Shown here one piece after another: positions 27,301 through 40,500 of a stretch of 64,000 bases of DNA. The translations under genes were made by a program, and so were the position numbers. The DNA comes from the human T2T-CHM13v2.0 reference genome, Homo sapiens, in the NCBI RefSeq assembly GCF_009914755.1, contig NC_060935.1. One strand, written 5' to 3'. A model generated the notes under the pieces. It saw nothing but the letters and a program-made list of their open reading frames with translations, was not told the origin of the DNA and did no database searches. Each line of letters starts with the position of its first letter. Position 1 is the first letter of the stretch.

Positions 27301-27392
27301 GCTGCACCTATGACATTATCTATGATAGACATGACAGTCCAACTTTGCTGCACCTTTGACATTATCTATGATAGACGTGACAGTCCAACTTT
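27301..27392 (+). repeat. 46-bp tandem duplication (2 copies)
   Basis: GCTGCACCTATGACATTATCTATGATAGACATGACAGTCCAACTTT repeated with 2 mismatches. Confidence 0.95.
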
Positions 27393-27790
27393 GCCTCACC
27401 TGGATGAAATGCCTAGACATTGAGTTCATCTTAAGAATCGCACTTTCAAAATGAAGTACTATGTAGGAAAATGCAATGCAGGCAGTCTAGAAGTGAGTAG
27501 CCAGAGAAAATGAGGGGCCTTTCCACCATGCCTTCTGAGGAACATTTGGCATCTCAGAGTTCCTTTACACTGAAGAGAGAAATATCTTGTGTTTCATGAA
27601 AACATTAGTTTTTTTTAAAGATCCCAGGGAAGGTAGGAAAAGTAAGAATAATGGAGAAAGGCAATATATATTCTTAATTTGATTCTGATTTTAAATGAAT
27701 TTTCCCACATTGAGTGAATTATCATGGGAGATATCAATTGTTACCCTATAACAGGGAATAGTTTAGAGCAGAATTAGAATAGAGGACTCT

Positions 27791-27983
27791 TTCTTTTCTT
27801 AATTTTACTTTAAGTTCTGGGATACATGTGCTTTCAGTTCTTTAACTTTAATTTTACTTTAAGTTCTGGGTCTCTCTGTGTTGCCCAGTGCAGGTTTGTT
27901 ACAGAGGTATACATGTGCCATTGTCATTTGCTGCACCTATCAACCCGTCATTGAGGTTTTAAGCCCTGCATGCATTAGGTATT
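27791..27983 (-). mobile_element. Short 5'-truncated L1PA 3' end with a complex internal insertion
   Basis: TTTTACTTTAAGTTCTGGGATACATGTGC...TGCAGGTTTGTTAC...GGTTTTAAGCCCTGCATGCATTAGGTATT. Confidence 0.9.
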
Positions 27984-29593
27984 GTTAATTTTTAAGCTGC
28001 AAGGGACCTCAGAAGTCATCTGATTATAATATATCAAACTTTTCTTGCCCTTAGATCTGGATTAAAGTCAAACATTGTTTTAACAAATATCTTTCTGGTG
28101 TTTGGAGATAGGAGATTTTTAAAAAATGGCGTAGAAATTCAAAGCCCTAGAAGAAAACTAGTTAGTTCCTCCATATTGCAAATTGTTATAGTCAGGAATC
28201 ACTGTCCTCATATGTCTCCATTACCCAGCTCCTAGAACAAGCCCATAAAATATGGTTGCAACAAGCTGAACTCCTGGACTCATTCTATTGCTCTCCCAGG
28301 ATTGTAATTATACAGGCAATATTCTCCATGAAACTGGAAAATCTCACTCCCTACTCAAAATAATTGCAAGAGATCTCTTTTAAGTTTTTTTTGTTGGTTT
28401 GTTTTTACAGAATTGACCCATTTTAGCATTAGAAATCTCTGATGCTATTGATTACCAGAGCTCTTGCATGAATCTGAATCTGTTGACATGAATTCATTTC
28501 TTCTTTCTTTTTCTCACTATCATTTTCTCTCATGACTAATCATCTTCTTCTTGGACAATGACAACAGTTCTTCAGTTGCCGTCTCCAGTTTTTTCAGGTT
28601 AACTCCATGAGACTGTACCATACCATGCTCTTATGTAAAAACCATCATTGTCTCCCCACTGCCTACAGGCAAAATCCAATCCCCTAAGCATGACACACAC
28701 ACACAAACATTTATCAAACCTCTCAGCTTTTGCTACCCTGGTTACCTTTACTAGGACTTGTACCTTTAACTTATGTTTCTGTGAACCATTCACACTTTAT
28801 GGCATAGTATATGTCATGCTTCTGTGAAAACTACCCTATCTCTCTTCTCAAAAGTAAAATTCGTATCACCCTCCATTGCTTTTCCATGGAACTTTAAAGT
28901 GTTTTCTTTCCTTAAATTTTGAACTCTTTGGTTTGTCTTTGTGTTTCCCTGAGATTTGAACATATAAATAGGTTACATTTATTGAATTAACAACTTTTTG
29001 AAAGTTTAAGATAAACCAACATGGTCACCAAAAATAAATGCTTTAAAAAAGTCAGTCTCTCTCATTTCCTTTGCAATAATACTTATCTTGTAGTAGTTTC
29101 TATTGCTGCATGCTTACCCATAAAATTTCATTTTTAAAAAAGCTTACACTTTCTTTCCATATTCTCAGTGAGAATGAGGCATAAAACAGATTTTGTAGGC
29201 CCTTTATTATACTGAAACTGAAGCTGAACAATGCATGAAAAAATGTTAGTTGGCAACCTTGGATATTTTGTAGTTATTGTATGTTCTAATTTTCAATCCT
29301 CTACAGGTCCAAGTTATTTTCTAATAAATTTGTAAATATCACTTCTACTGTCTGTATTACCACAGTACTGAATATTTTAAGCTAGTATATAAGATAATAA
29401 TAAGACATGGTAAGCCAACACAGAGTAAAATGCATATTATTAAGGCTATATAGCCTATAAAGTGCATTTCTTTTCCCAAATCTGGTTGATAGCATAGATG
29501 ACCAACTGTCCACAATTTCTAACACTCTTTCTTTGTTCAGATGGGTAAACATACTTCTCTCACATTCTCAGTTATTGCCTTTTATAATCTCTG

Positions 29594-29707
29594 TCTTCTC
29601 CTTCTCCTCCTCCTTCTCCTCCTCCACCTCCTCTTTCCTCTTCCCCTCTCCCTCTCCCTCTCCCTCTCCCCTTCCCCCTCCCCCTTCCCTTCTCCTTCTC
29701 CTTCTTC
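29594..29707. repeat. (CT/CCT)-rich polypyrimidine tract, probably the expanded FLAM tail
   Basis: CTTCTCCTTCTCC...CCCTCT repeats adjoining the FLAM. Confidence 0.9.
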
Positions 29708-29716
29708 ATTTTGGAT

Positions 29717-29830
29717 AGAGACAGGGTCTCTCTGTGTTGCCCAGGCTGGTCTCAAACTCCAGGGCTCAATTGATTCTCCTGCCTCAGCCTCCCAAAGTGC
29801 TGGAATTACAGGTGTGATCCACCGTGCCTG
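29717..29830 (-). mobile_element. FLAM_C / Alu left monomer
   Basis: GAGACAGGGTCTCTCTGTGTTGCCCAGGCTGGTCTCAAACTCC...CCCAAAGTGCTGGAATTACAGG. Confidence 0.9.
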
Positions 29831-30379
29831 TAAAATTGCTGTCTTCTATCTCCCTTTGACCCTGGTGAAAAATGGACTAGCTCTCATCCTATCATTGCCC
29901 CAGAGACAACATCATCCAGTTCTCAGTCAATGATTACTAGGCATTAACTATCATTCAAACAAGCTGCATCAAATGAAATAAAATTTCTATTAAAATCACT
30001 TTAAAAACAACTTACAAAGCAACAAGAATATAATTAAAGGTAAAGTGGGGAGGAGGAGATAAACGGGCAGCTAGCAAAAAGATTGAAGTATTAACAGAGA
30101 AAAGCAGCAGAGATCATGTTGCTACCAAATAAGTAAAATCATGCATTCTGGCCTTCACTTCCTCCTTTAATACTCCTAAAGTAACTACCATACAACCATG
30201 TCATTTACTGTCCAGTAACATTTTCCAGTTGATCTCATTCTATCATGTGACCTTTTTCTCACACAGTTCTAGAGTCACTGCCCCTTTTCTCAGAAACTTT
30301 CAAAAAGATCAGTCACCTTTATTCTGTTTCCAAGGTGCTCTCAGACAGACCCAAAAGTTATCTTCCTTCTGAATGGGAG

Positions 30380-30763
30380 TGTTAGGAGCTGAACTGAGAC
30401 CATTTAAAATTCATAGGTTGGAATCCTAACCACCAGTTTCTGCGAATGTGACTATAGTTGGAGATAGAGTCTTTAAAGAGGTAAAGTTAAATGAAGTCAC
30501 TGGAGTGAAAACTAATCCCATTTGATTGGTGATCTTGTAAGAAGAGCATGTTTAGGACAGCCACATACAGAGGAAGGACAATGTGAAGACACAAGGAGAA
30601 GACCATCTGCAAGTCAAGGAAAGATGCTCTCAGGAGGAACTAACCCCTCAGACATGGACATTTTGATCTCAAACATCTAGCCATCAGAATTGAAATAAAA
30701 TAATTTTTGTTGTCTAAACCACCAGGCTATGGCAGTTTGCTATCAGCCTAGCCAACTAATACA
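30380..30763 (+). mobile_element. MLT1B-type MaLR solo LTR
   Basis: GAATGTGACTATAGTTGGAGATAGAGTCTTTAAAGAGGTAA ... GCCTAGCCAACTAATACA. Confidence 0.85.
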
Positions 30764-33094
30764 GAGATAAATAGTTTTTTTGTTGTTGATCAAAAACTTT
30801 TTAAAATGGTTATGTAATGAGCTTTTTAATTTAATCTCAATGTTTATTGATACTATTAGTATGATTTTTGCATCTCCTCTCTTATCCTTTAAAATAAATT
30901 TCAATCAATCACAAAAGTGCTGCTAATTTGCTAGGGTAATGTGAGAACAAAAGCATATCCTTCAGTCAGCAAATACTGAATACCTGCTTTGATCAGGAAA
31001 AGTACAAAGCAAAGAGATGCTGTAAGTACTTCCTGTCAGGATCAAAATCTAAAAGAGGAGGAAAAACTTAGCAATATAATATAAAATTAAAATTGTGATA
31101 TGGTTTCTATTTTGCTTTTCAGAATCTGGCATATGGTTGTGAACAGAAGAGAGATCAAAGCATATACTACTGAATTACAAACAACAAACAACTTCCCCAA
31201 ATTTATTATTTCACAGCAGAAATAGAGTTGTCTTTAGAAAACAGCTTAATATATTGTTGCAAAATTATTTTAAGAAGTTAAAAAGGAAGAATAAAATTAA
31301 AGAAGGAAAAAGGTGGAAGGAGAGACAGAGAAATAAGAAAGTGAAAGGGATGGGTATAAAGAATACCGTGTCACCACATTTTATGTAAGGAAATTATATA
31401 ATTTGCAGAAAATTCCAAAGATTCATGATACCCCCAGGCTGCCTTCCTTTAATGACATTTTGATATGGTTCTCTGAATGGAATGAATTTCCCACCAGTTT
31501 TCATTTTTTCAAATTCTTCTTTTTCAACAGGTTCAGCTCACATGGCCTGTACTCTATGGAGCTTTCATTAATATATCAGTAAATTACTTTTCTCATTGTC
31601 ATCTCCTTTTGCACAGTACTTTGGACATACCTATCCTAGAATTTACTAAACTGCATTACAATTACTGATTTGCATGCTTTTCTCTTCCATTAGGCTGTAA
31701 GCCTAAGGTTACAACTTAAAGTCTGAAATAATAATTCAGAAAATAAATGACTGGAATGACATGTAAGGAATAGGAAAGCAGCTATCTTTAGAGCTCAGGC
31801 AGGAGAAAAGAACAATTGTTTTTGAACACTTCATGATGGAAATACATTTCAGATGAATTTTGAAGTAATATGGATAGATCGAGTGGCACTTTGGGACATT
31901 CCTTCATTCAACAAATATTCATTAGGAACATATATTTGGGTTAAGCATGGGGGATTGCTTGGAAGTAAATTTATAAGAGACTAGTAAGACAGCAAAAATA
32001 ATTAGAATAAAAATGGAAGGAAAACATATAAAAATGAATGTAAAGATAAGTTCTGTTTTCATCATTGTCTTCAGCATATATGTACCACCTCATTGTTTTC
32101 ATGCCAAGCTTCCAAAAAGGTAAGTATTAAATCAATGCCAAACCTAACACTCAAGAAAGTTTATTGAAAGTTGTATGGCAATGAGTTTTAAACTCAAATA
32201 TTGAATATCTTCAATACTATTAATTAGTATCCTTTAAGGTTATTTTCAACCCTGATATGCATGTACACATTAAAATTTCATGATATGTGCACTTCTATCC
32301 ATACATGTTTCATGATTTATTAGAAGGAATGATTGTAATGAACTTGGTTGAATAAATTTGCTAGGAAAGTGTCATGCTATCATTATGTTCCTGTTTTTAC
32401 ATTTTGAGTATTATATTGAAGAAATACTGGATAAAAGAACAAAGTATAAAAATGTGTCTGTTTATGGAGAACCTCTCATATTCAAAGCACAAACCTATAC
32501 TGACCCCCTACGGTGCCCCTGTCAAGTAGATATTATTATCTTTTAGATTTGGAAAAATTAAGACAGATGTTTGGTGTCTTTGACAAATTCATAAAGCACA
32601 TCACCATTGCACCTGTCAGGATATAGTATCCTGACCTTACCTTGCCATTCATTTGATGATGTTGCAAAGATCATTCATTTTCTTTGATCTCTCTGTCTGC
32701 ACAACAAATGTGTTATTCTAAAATCTAGTCATCAATGGTCACTGACCACTTCCTAAAGCTGATACCATGGTTTATTTATGCATTTAAGTATCTATCTATC
32801 TATCTGTCTATCTATGTCCCACTTTGTACTAGAAAATATTTCAGATGTCTAATTTATGTGTTACCTTATGCTTTCAATTAAAATTAAGTCACAATCCCAG
32901 AGCTCAGAAATAGGAAACATTGAGACTAATGTGAATGACAAATATAATTTGTTTAAAAAAATACAAAAAGCATCTATACATGTAACAACACAATGATATA
33001 TTTGGGCGCTTCTGCTTTGTACATATGTATATTTGAGGGCCCTTTATAAAACAATATATGGTAACTATCAACGTGTTTTACTGTATTTTTTAAT

Positions 33095-33134
33095 TATTAG
33101 GTTGGCGCAAAAGTAATTGCTGTTTTTGACATTA
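33095..33134 (+). mobile_element. MADE1 (mariner MITE) half element
   Basis: TATTAGGTTGGCGCAAAAGTAATTGCTGTTTTTG matches the Hsmar1/MADE1 TIR. Confidence 0.8.
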
Positions 33135-34374
33135 TAATAGTTCAATTAGAGTAGAATGACAATAACACCTCCACGTATTTATATAAAACATTATAGTTTT
33201 AAAATTGTTTTCACACGTTTATTTCTCTTGGGTCTAACATTTTTATCCCTGTAAAATAAAGATCACCTTTTTCTCTTATGCCTGATTTGTAGCAAGATAA
33301 AATAAATTCCAGTGAATGTAAATACAGTATTTGAATCCAAGACTTTCCATGACCTTTCATTAACTCTTCTCTGTCTCATTAGATCAATTCAGAAAATTAG
33401 AATGAAGGTGCAAACAATTTTTCAGAAATTATGTGTACCTCTGATATATTTTTATTTGTGACAATATATTCATTGTTCAAAAATTTAAATGCACATGCTT
33501 ATTTCTTTTGTATTGAATATAAAGTCTTTGACACAGAATGCAGAGTCTAGATCATAAGATGCTACACTGAAACAGGAAGAAGGAAAGCTTGCTGTAAGGG
33601 AGGTTTGGCAGAAATGAAAAATAGGGACTTGCAGTAACTGTGGTAAATGAATGCTTACTAAGCTGATGTAAATGTTACAATGTAACTAATTAGGACAAAA
33701 GGGATGTCAGTCAGTAAATTGGGAGTGTCCCCCTAGTGCCTTCCTAGTCCTTCAAGAAGACTCATCCTACATCAAGTCAGAGACTAAAGTCACAAGAGCA
33801 GGATCAGGGTTACACGAAGATAGACGGGCAGTAATGCTCACTGAGATGTTTCCTTTGCCATATCAAAAGGCAACCTCAACAACATCTGAACCTCTGAGCC
33901 TGTATTTTCAACTTCCATGTGCCCAGACAGATTTAAACTACGGGTTCTGGAAATCATTAATTAAATCAAAGAGCCTGGAAATTTCCAATTCCAGCATTAT
34001 GGAAACTACTTGGAATTTTTCTGAAGGTCATCCCAATTTTCAGCTGTTAGTCTATTATATGGGTGATTTAACATATCTGGCAAATGGAGTAATGGGGTGT
34101 GACCACCACTTTCAGCCTACAACTAAAGCCCTTTTTCTGACACCTATAATGAGAAGCAATGATATGTGACTATTATGTGCCACATTATGCAGTGTTACAA
34201 ATTATGTGCCTGCCTTTCTGATAGATTAGGGACAAAGACATAACCTCTTCTCTTCATTATTACCATGGCAGATGCCCTTTTTTTACCATGATCCAAATCA
34301 AGATTAGGTAATAATAATAAATCAATAATGATAAACAGCATAATGATATCATAACAATGAATGACATAATAGCT

Positions 34375-34809
34375 AACCCATATGTGGTGGTTATTATATG
34401 CCAGCCATTGTTCCAAGTGATGTATTATATGTATAAAATATATATTATTATATTATATAGACTAACAATTATATAATTTTATATAGTATGTAATATACTA
34501 TATAATATATGGTTCGTATATATTTTATATATACTAGACAAAATAGTATATATTATATATAAAATATCAGTATTATATATAAAATATATATATAATACTA
34601 TAGCTTACATAGTATATATAAACTATACTATAGTATTAGTTTATTATTTAGTATTAGTACTATACTATAGTATATATAGTATATATAAAATATATACTAA
34701 CTATATATTATATGGTATATTACATTTACCATATAAAATTATATAATTGATAATATACATAATATATCACTTGGGACAGTGGCTGGCATATAATAACCAC
34801 ATATGGGTT
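34375..34809. repeat. AT-rich long inverted repeat (quasi-palindrome) with MIR-derived outer arms
   Basis: 34375-34435 is the reverse complement of 34754-34809; 34466-34536 is the reverse complement of 34677-34749. Confidence 0.9.
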
Positions 34810-37723
34810 TATATACACATATATATAAAAGGTACATATATATGGTAATACATTTTTTATATATATATTATATATATATACATATACCTTGTATATATAC
34901 ACATACACCTTTTATAACAAATAGCAAGATATTTTGGCTTACATATTTTTAAATGAAATGTCATTGCTAACAGTTTTATAAACTACTTTTTTATCTTAAC
35001 AGTATATTAAATATGTTTTTCTATATCATTAGTACACTACCCGAGAACAGTGGTTCTTTAAGGGCAAGAAATGAAGAGCATCTGCTAGAATAACCTGTAG
35101 CCATATTTCTGAGCACAAGTAGTGTAATTGGTGAATAACTCTGGCTGGCAAGTGTATTTTGAAAAATTTCCCCAGAAGATTTTATTATCCATTATACCCA
35201 CCTCCCAACCCTCTCACCCCCAAAACTTCTATTTTATAATAATTTTAGTCAGTACATTTCATTGAATGGATATGAACTAATCATTTCTCTATTGTTGTGC
35301 ACTCACATTTCTGCAAGTGTATTATTATTATAAGAGGACTGTGATAAATATCCTTGGAACTACAGTTTTAAATTGTTTATAATTATTAGTATTGTTATTA
35401 TGAGAATCAATTTAAAAATTGTGAAGAATTCTATGCTTCTCATACACACTTCCCAAAGCCCTCCATTAGCAATTCTTTTTTAAAAATAATGTCTCTAATA
35501 CCCCAAATTACCTTTTTTTTGTAATAAAAATGCATCTTGGCATCTAATTTGAATTTGGTTATTAAATACTTGTCCAGTTTATTGACCTTCTATTTTTTCT
35601 TAAATGATATACCTGTATAAGTATTTTGGAAACTTGTTTCTTAGTATGTTTGGCTTTTTAAATTGTTTAGATTTTTCATATGCTTTATATATATAAAAAT
35701 AATATATATGAAAAATAGCAAAAATATGTAGCAAAAAAATATGCTATCATATATGTTACTTAAAAGAGTTTCTTAAGAGTTAATATGGATCATTTCATAG
35801 TGTCTTTGAGTAATGTAGTGAAGCTAAATTTATCCTAATTTTCTGCCTTCTTTAAAAACATATAAGAAAGATTTAATAAAAGGTCATTGTTAAAATTTAG
35901 AAGTATGGAAGCCAACACAGTATGGTGGAATGTGCCATTGGGTAATATTAGTTATTTTATTCTCCTCATTATAAAAAATAATTAAAATAAAAACCATATT
36001 AAAGGAGAAATTATTTGATATTATTTATATTTTCATTTTCTGTACTTATGTTGCTAAGAATTTTACATTTTGAAAAGTTTTTTTCTTGATATTTCTTAGA
36101 GTTCAAGCGCATACTTTGGACTGACCTTTTCATTTATGGACTCACCTCAAAGTCCTCACTTAGTAAAATGAAAAATAATAGCACTGGTTGGAAGTGGTGT
36201 TAAAAAGACAGAGAAAGTACAAGAGCTTTCTCATGCCTTTCTTTGCTCCAGAGACTCTGTGTGCTCTATATTATTTATCCATTTATTTATGTATTTATTC
36301 AGCAAATATTTCTTGGAAACTCTTTAGCATATACCTTTCTTGTTTTGTTTTTTCATAAATGGTGCTAAAACAGATCTGTCGTGAGAAGTATTGATTTAAT
36401 ATAAAATGAGAACAATGACACTCCCAAGACATAATACTTGGCTGTTGGTAGGTTTCTTTTTCTAGCTGAATTCCTCTTGCAACCTGGCCTAGAAGCTCAT
36501 GGTATATTTTCTTGTCCAGAACTGTAGCTTTTCCACATGCCTTTAGAAAAAGCTGAATACTGTGCCATTGCATGCCAAGATTCAATGGTGTTCTAATTTG
36601 CAAAACTGAATGAAAGTTATGCTTATGACCACATAAAAGTACTTCAATTCTAAAGTAAAATAAAATAATATAATTTGTCTCTAAGTATTTTTTACTACAC
36701 TTCTTCCCTAGGGTAATTCCAACTGTAGAATGCATAACATGTTTTGTTTTTTGGTTTTGGTTTTTTTTTGCTTTGTTTTTGAGAAGAAGACCATTTTGTT
36801 ACTAACAAAATACAAATCCATCATTAAATATTGAAACCAAGTTTGTTTCTAGCTACAATGGGATGTTCATTCATTGTGGAAATTTAGCATTTAGCTTTGT
36901 CATGCTTTGAGGATTTAATAATTTTAGAAAAGCCATTCTGAGTTTAAGTAAAAGTTAAACGTTTCTACTTTTCTGTCAGGATTCTACTATGTCCAACAAA
37001 ACCATTGAAACTAAGCAAGATTAGCCTAAATGTTGAAACTATATGGCTATGCATAATATGACTTTATATCAAAGATGATTTTATCAATACACAAAGCCAT
37101 CTCTATGGGTATTATGTCAGGGACAATTCTGTGGTTAGGTCTGAGTCTCTCCTCAGTTCTCATCGTCTCCTTGGTGATGGCACAAACCATATTATATAGC
37201 TGCTTGACTTCAGCATAGAGTCATGTTGGCCAGTCATATCCAGACCCTTGGTGCTACTCCCTGATACTGTTTATTTCCTCTGGTTGTTTCTATTTACCAT
37301 CCCCAGAGCCTCAGCTTCTGTGAACCTTTTCCATTTTCATAAGCACTAACACAAAGCTGTCCTTCCTCACATGCCAGATTGCTTTGCTTCTTCTCTCTAG
37401 AAACTGAATTTCTTCCACACCTTTTGAGATACTATTTATATGAGACACGGGAGAAGACAAGGTGAGTAAGATATCACTTTACCCTCTAGAAGTACTGGGT
37501 GGAAAAGAAAGGAAATGCCATTTATAAAACATGATGATGTACTAGACATGGTACTCAGTGCTTTATATGCAGTATTTTATTATAAAAATCTATTAAATTG
37601 AGCTGAAGACCAACTCCTCTAATTTCCAGTTTCCTAATTTAGCTATTAATGAAATTAAATCTTTGTGATAATGGATGTACATGTTTATTTACTTGCAGAT
37701 GATCTGTGGGAAGTGGTCGCCCT

Positions 37724-38290
37724 GAGGAAAGAGGAAGAGAAAGAAAGAAAGAAGAAAGAGAAAGAGTGAGAGAAAGATAAGGAAGAAGAAAGAAAGAAAA
37801 AGAAAAAGAAAAGGAAGAAAGAAGAAAGAGAAGGAAGGAGGAAGAAAGAAAGAGAGAGAAAGAAAGAAAAAGAAAAAGAAAAGGAAGGAAGAAGAAAGAA
37901 AAAGAAAAGGAAGGAAGAAGAAAGAAAAAGAAAGTAAAAGAAAAAGAAAGAAAAAGAAAAGATAAAAAAGAAAGAGGGAAGGAAGGAGAAAAAAGAAAAG
38001 AAAGAGAGATAAAAGAAAGAGAAGAAAGAAAGAAAAAAGGAAGAAGAAACAAAAGGAAGGAAGAAGAAAGAAAGGAAAGAAAGAAAAAGAAAGAGAAAGA
38101 AAGGAAAGAAGGAAAAACAAAGAAAGAAAAGAAAAGAAGGGAGGGAGGGAGGAAGGAAGGAGAGAGAGAGAAGGAGGAAGGGAGGGAGAGAGGGAGGAAG
38201 GAATGAAGCAGTGGGAAGGAGAGACAAAGGCAGGGAGGGAGGCAGGGAGGGAGAAAAGAAGGAAGAAAAGAAATAAGGGAAGAAAAACAC
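37724..38290 (+). repeat. GA-rich polypurine low-complexity tract
   Basis: ~570 nt of (GAAA/GGAA/GGGA)n with very few pyrimidines. Confidence 0.95.
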
Positions 38291-40224
38291 AAAAAGCCAT
38301 GCTGGAAGTATATAATGTGGCTGGAAGTTTGAATTAAACAGTCAGAGGTCTTAAGAAATTTAGTACTTATTGAACAACTGCTGTGTACCATCAATATTAT
38401 ATGTGTTATAAACATCTCACAGAAACTTTGTAACTAACCTATGACTTGGGTAATGTTATTTTACAGATGATAAACAAGTGTAGAATTAATGGTTCTTAAG
38501 TTTCATATCCACCAACACACAGCTAGTGAAGGAAAAGCTGTGCCTACAAACTACAGATTGAATATTCTTTAGATAATTTTTAAATTGGAGAATTTATAAA
38601 CCTTGAGAACTTAAGAGACTCTAAGTTACCAAAAGACAGTTGAAGCTGAAGAGCAATGATAAATTCCATGAAGAACCTCACAGAATTTGAGGATGTAATC
38701 TGTAGCATAAATACTGAGATACAACACTGGAGAACTTTTCTTCCACTGTTGGGGAACAGCCTCCCACTTAAGCAGTTATATTTAATATTATATATAGTAA
38801 TAAAATGTTATTTAACTGGATAATGTTGAATAATGTTTTCTGAGTCATTTCTTCGAAATATTCTTTCTCTCGCTCTCTTCTCTCTCTTCCTTCCTAGATA
38901 CTATTCTCTAAATTTAGAATTTGGGGTGCCTCCTCCAACCCTATGGCTTTAAGAGCATTTAGTAATTAAACACAGGAAAAGATATAATTAGCTTGTCCTC
39001 TTTTTGTAGAGCTTGATAGCTCACAAAGTACTGCTATGTGTATTACCTCCAGTTAGAGATCCTGGTATATTTCATTTGACTTCATCACTTGGAATTTTTA
39101 GATAAAGAAGATGAAAACTTGTTGGTAAATCACATAACAGTGGCTTTCTTTAACAAAATATTTCAAAACATTAGTATATATCTTCTCTAAAATGTGGTAT
39201 CTCTGGGCTGCTTGAATCTTATGATACACTTTATCACCTAAACCTGCCATTTTCTCTTTGCTTTTCTTATAAATCAATTCAGAGCTTTTTCCAAGCTGTG
39301 GAACAAAGGCACAGTAAAGGTTCTAAGGGGAAACCATTACACTTTTTTTTTAATCCACTAAAAACCCAAACCATAAATATTGGAGACTAAGAAACATTTT
39401 AGGTCATTGATTCTGCAATTTCCCAAAGGTGGAGCAATAAGTGAACCAACAGAATCAGTTGTTCAAGAATAGAATGCCTATTAATATCAATTTAATATCT
39501 TCTCTCTGAGAAGAAAATTTGCTTTTGAGTGGACACTGTAGTTGTTTCTAGTGAAAAATAATATCTTCTTTTTGAAAACATGCATTTAATGAAGAAAAAT
39601 CCCTCCTATGGCTGAAACAATGTTCTTCCCCCACATCTACAGTTCTATGGCTAATAAAAGGGATTATCGCGCAAATAGAAATGTAGTTTACAGTTTCAAT
39701 AGCTCACAGCATTCCTTTTTACCTCAATAAGTAAATCAAGTATTTATGCCTGAAAACTACTTAAAAGTCAACTTTTCAGATCTGTATTATTCTGACAGTG
39801 TATAATGAATACTTTGTCATAGCAAGTAACAAATTTTATTATAGCTTTAATGCTTAAAATTCCATCTGTTTCCACAAACAGAACATGAATACAGGAAAGC
39901 AACCATTAATTTTAAATGCACTAAAAGAAATTCTCATAGTAAAGGGCTTCTAAAAGGCATTTGAAAATGTTCAGGCAGGGTCTGTTCATGGTGTGTGTCA
40001 TGCCTCTGTTTTAAATGCATTAGTTACTCAGAGCCATCCATATCTATCCTATAGATATCTGTAAAAGAAAGACAATATTCTTTTAAAATGGGGAAATATG
40101 ACTGATTTGGTAATAGGATAAGCAAGGATCATTTGCCTACTCATCTATAGTCTTGCAATTACAAGGAAGTAAGCAAACAACTTGAGCCTTTGTTTTCATT
40201 ATTGTGATGATTTTTTTTCATCAA

Positions 40225-40500
40225 AATCAACATTCACTTATATATTCATCACATATTTATTGAACACCTACTATGTGTCAAACACTCTGTTAGACAATAA
40301 AAATTCGGAGATAAGAAGCACAGTCTCTGTCTTCAAGAAGCTCACAGTAAAGTAAATACAGACAATGCACTAAATAGGCAGGATATAGAGTGGAAAGGTG
40401 TGTGCTTGTTAATCAGAGAGGAATCAGAGACTGTTTCTCCCGGGAGGTAACCTATGAGGAAGGTTTTATATAATGAGTAGGCATTCACTAGGTTAAAAAG
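40225..40500. mobile_element. L2 3' fragment
   Basis: ATATTTATTGAACACCTACTATGTGTCAAACACT...GTCTTCAAGAAGCTCACAGT. Confidence 0.7.

Noticed and set aside
27301-27392. Direct repeats resembling a CRISPR array
   Set aside because: Two abutting copies, no spacer, no cas genes, primate genomic context.
37639-38415. Three overlapping 201-258 aa ORFs
   Set aside because: Translations of the antisense GA-rich tract (F/L/S/P only); stop codons are compositionally almost impossible there.
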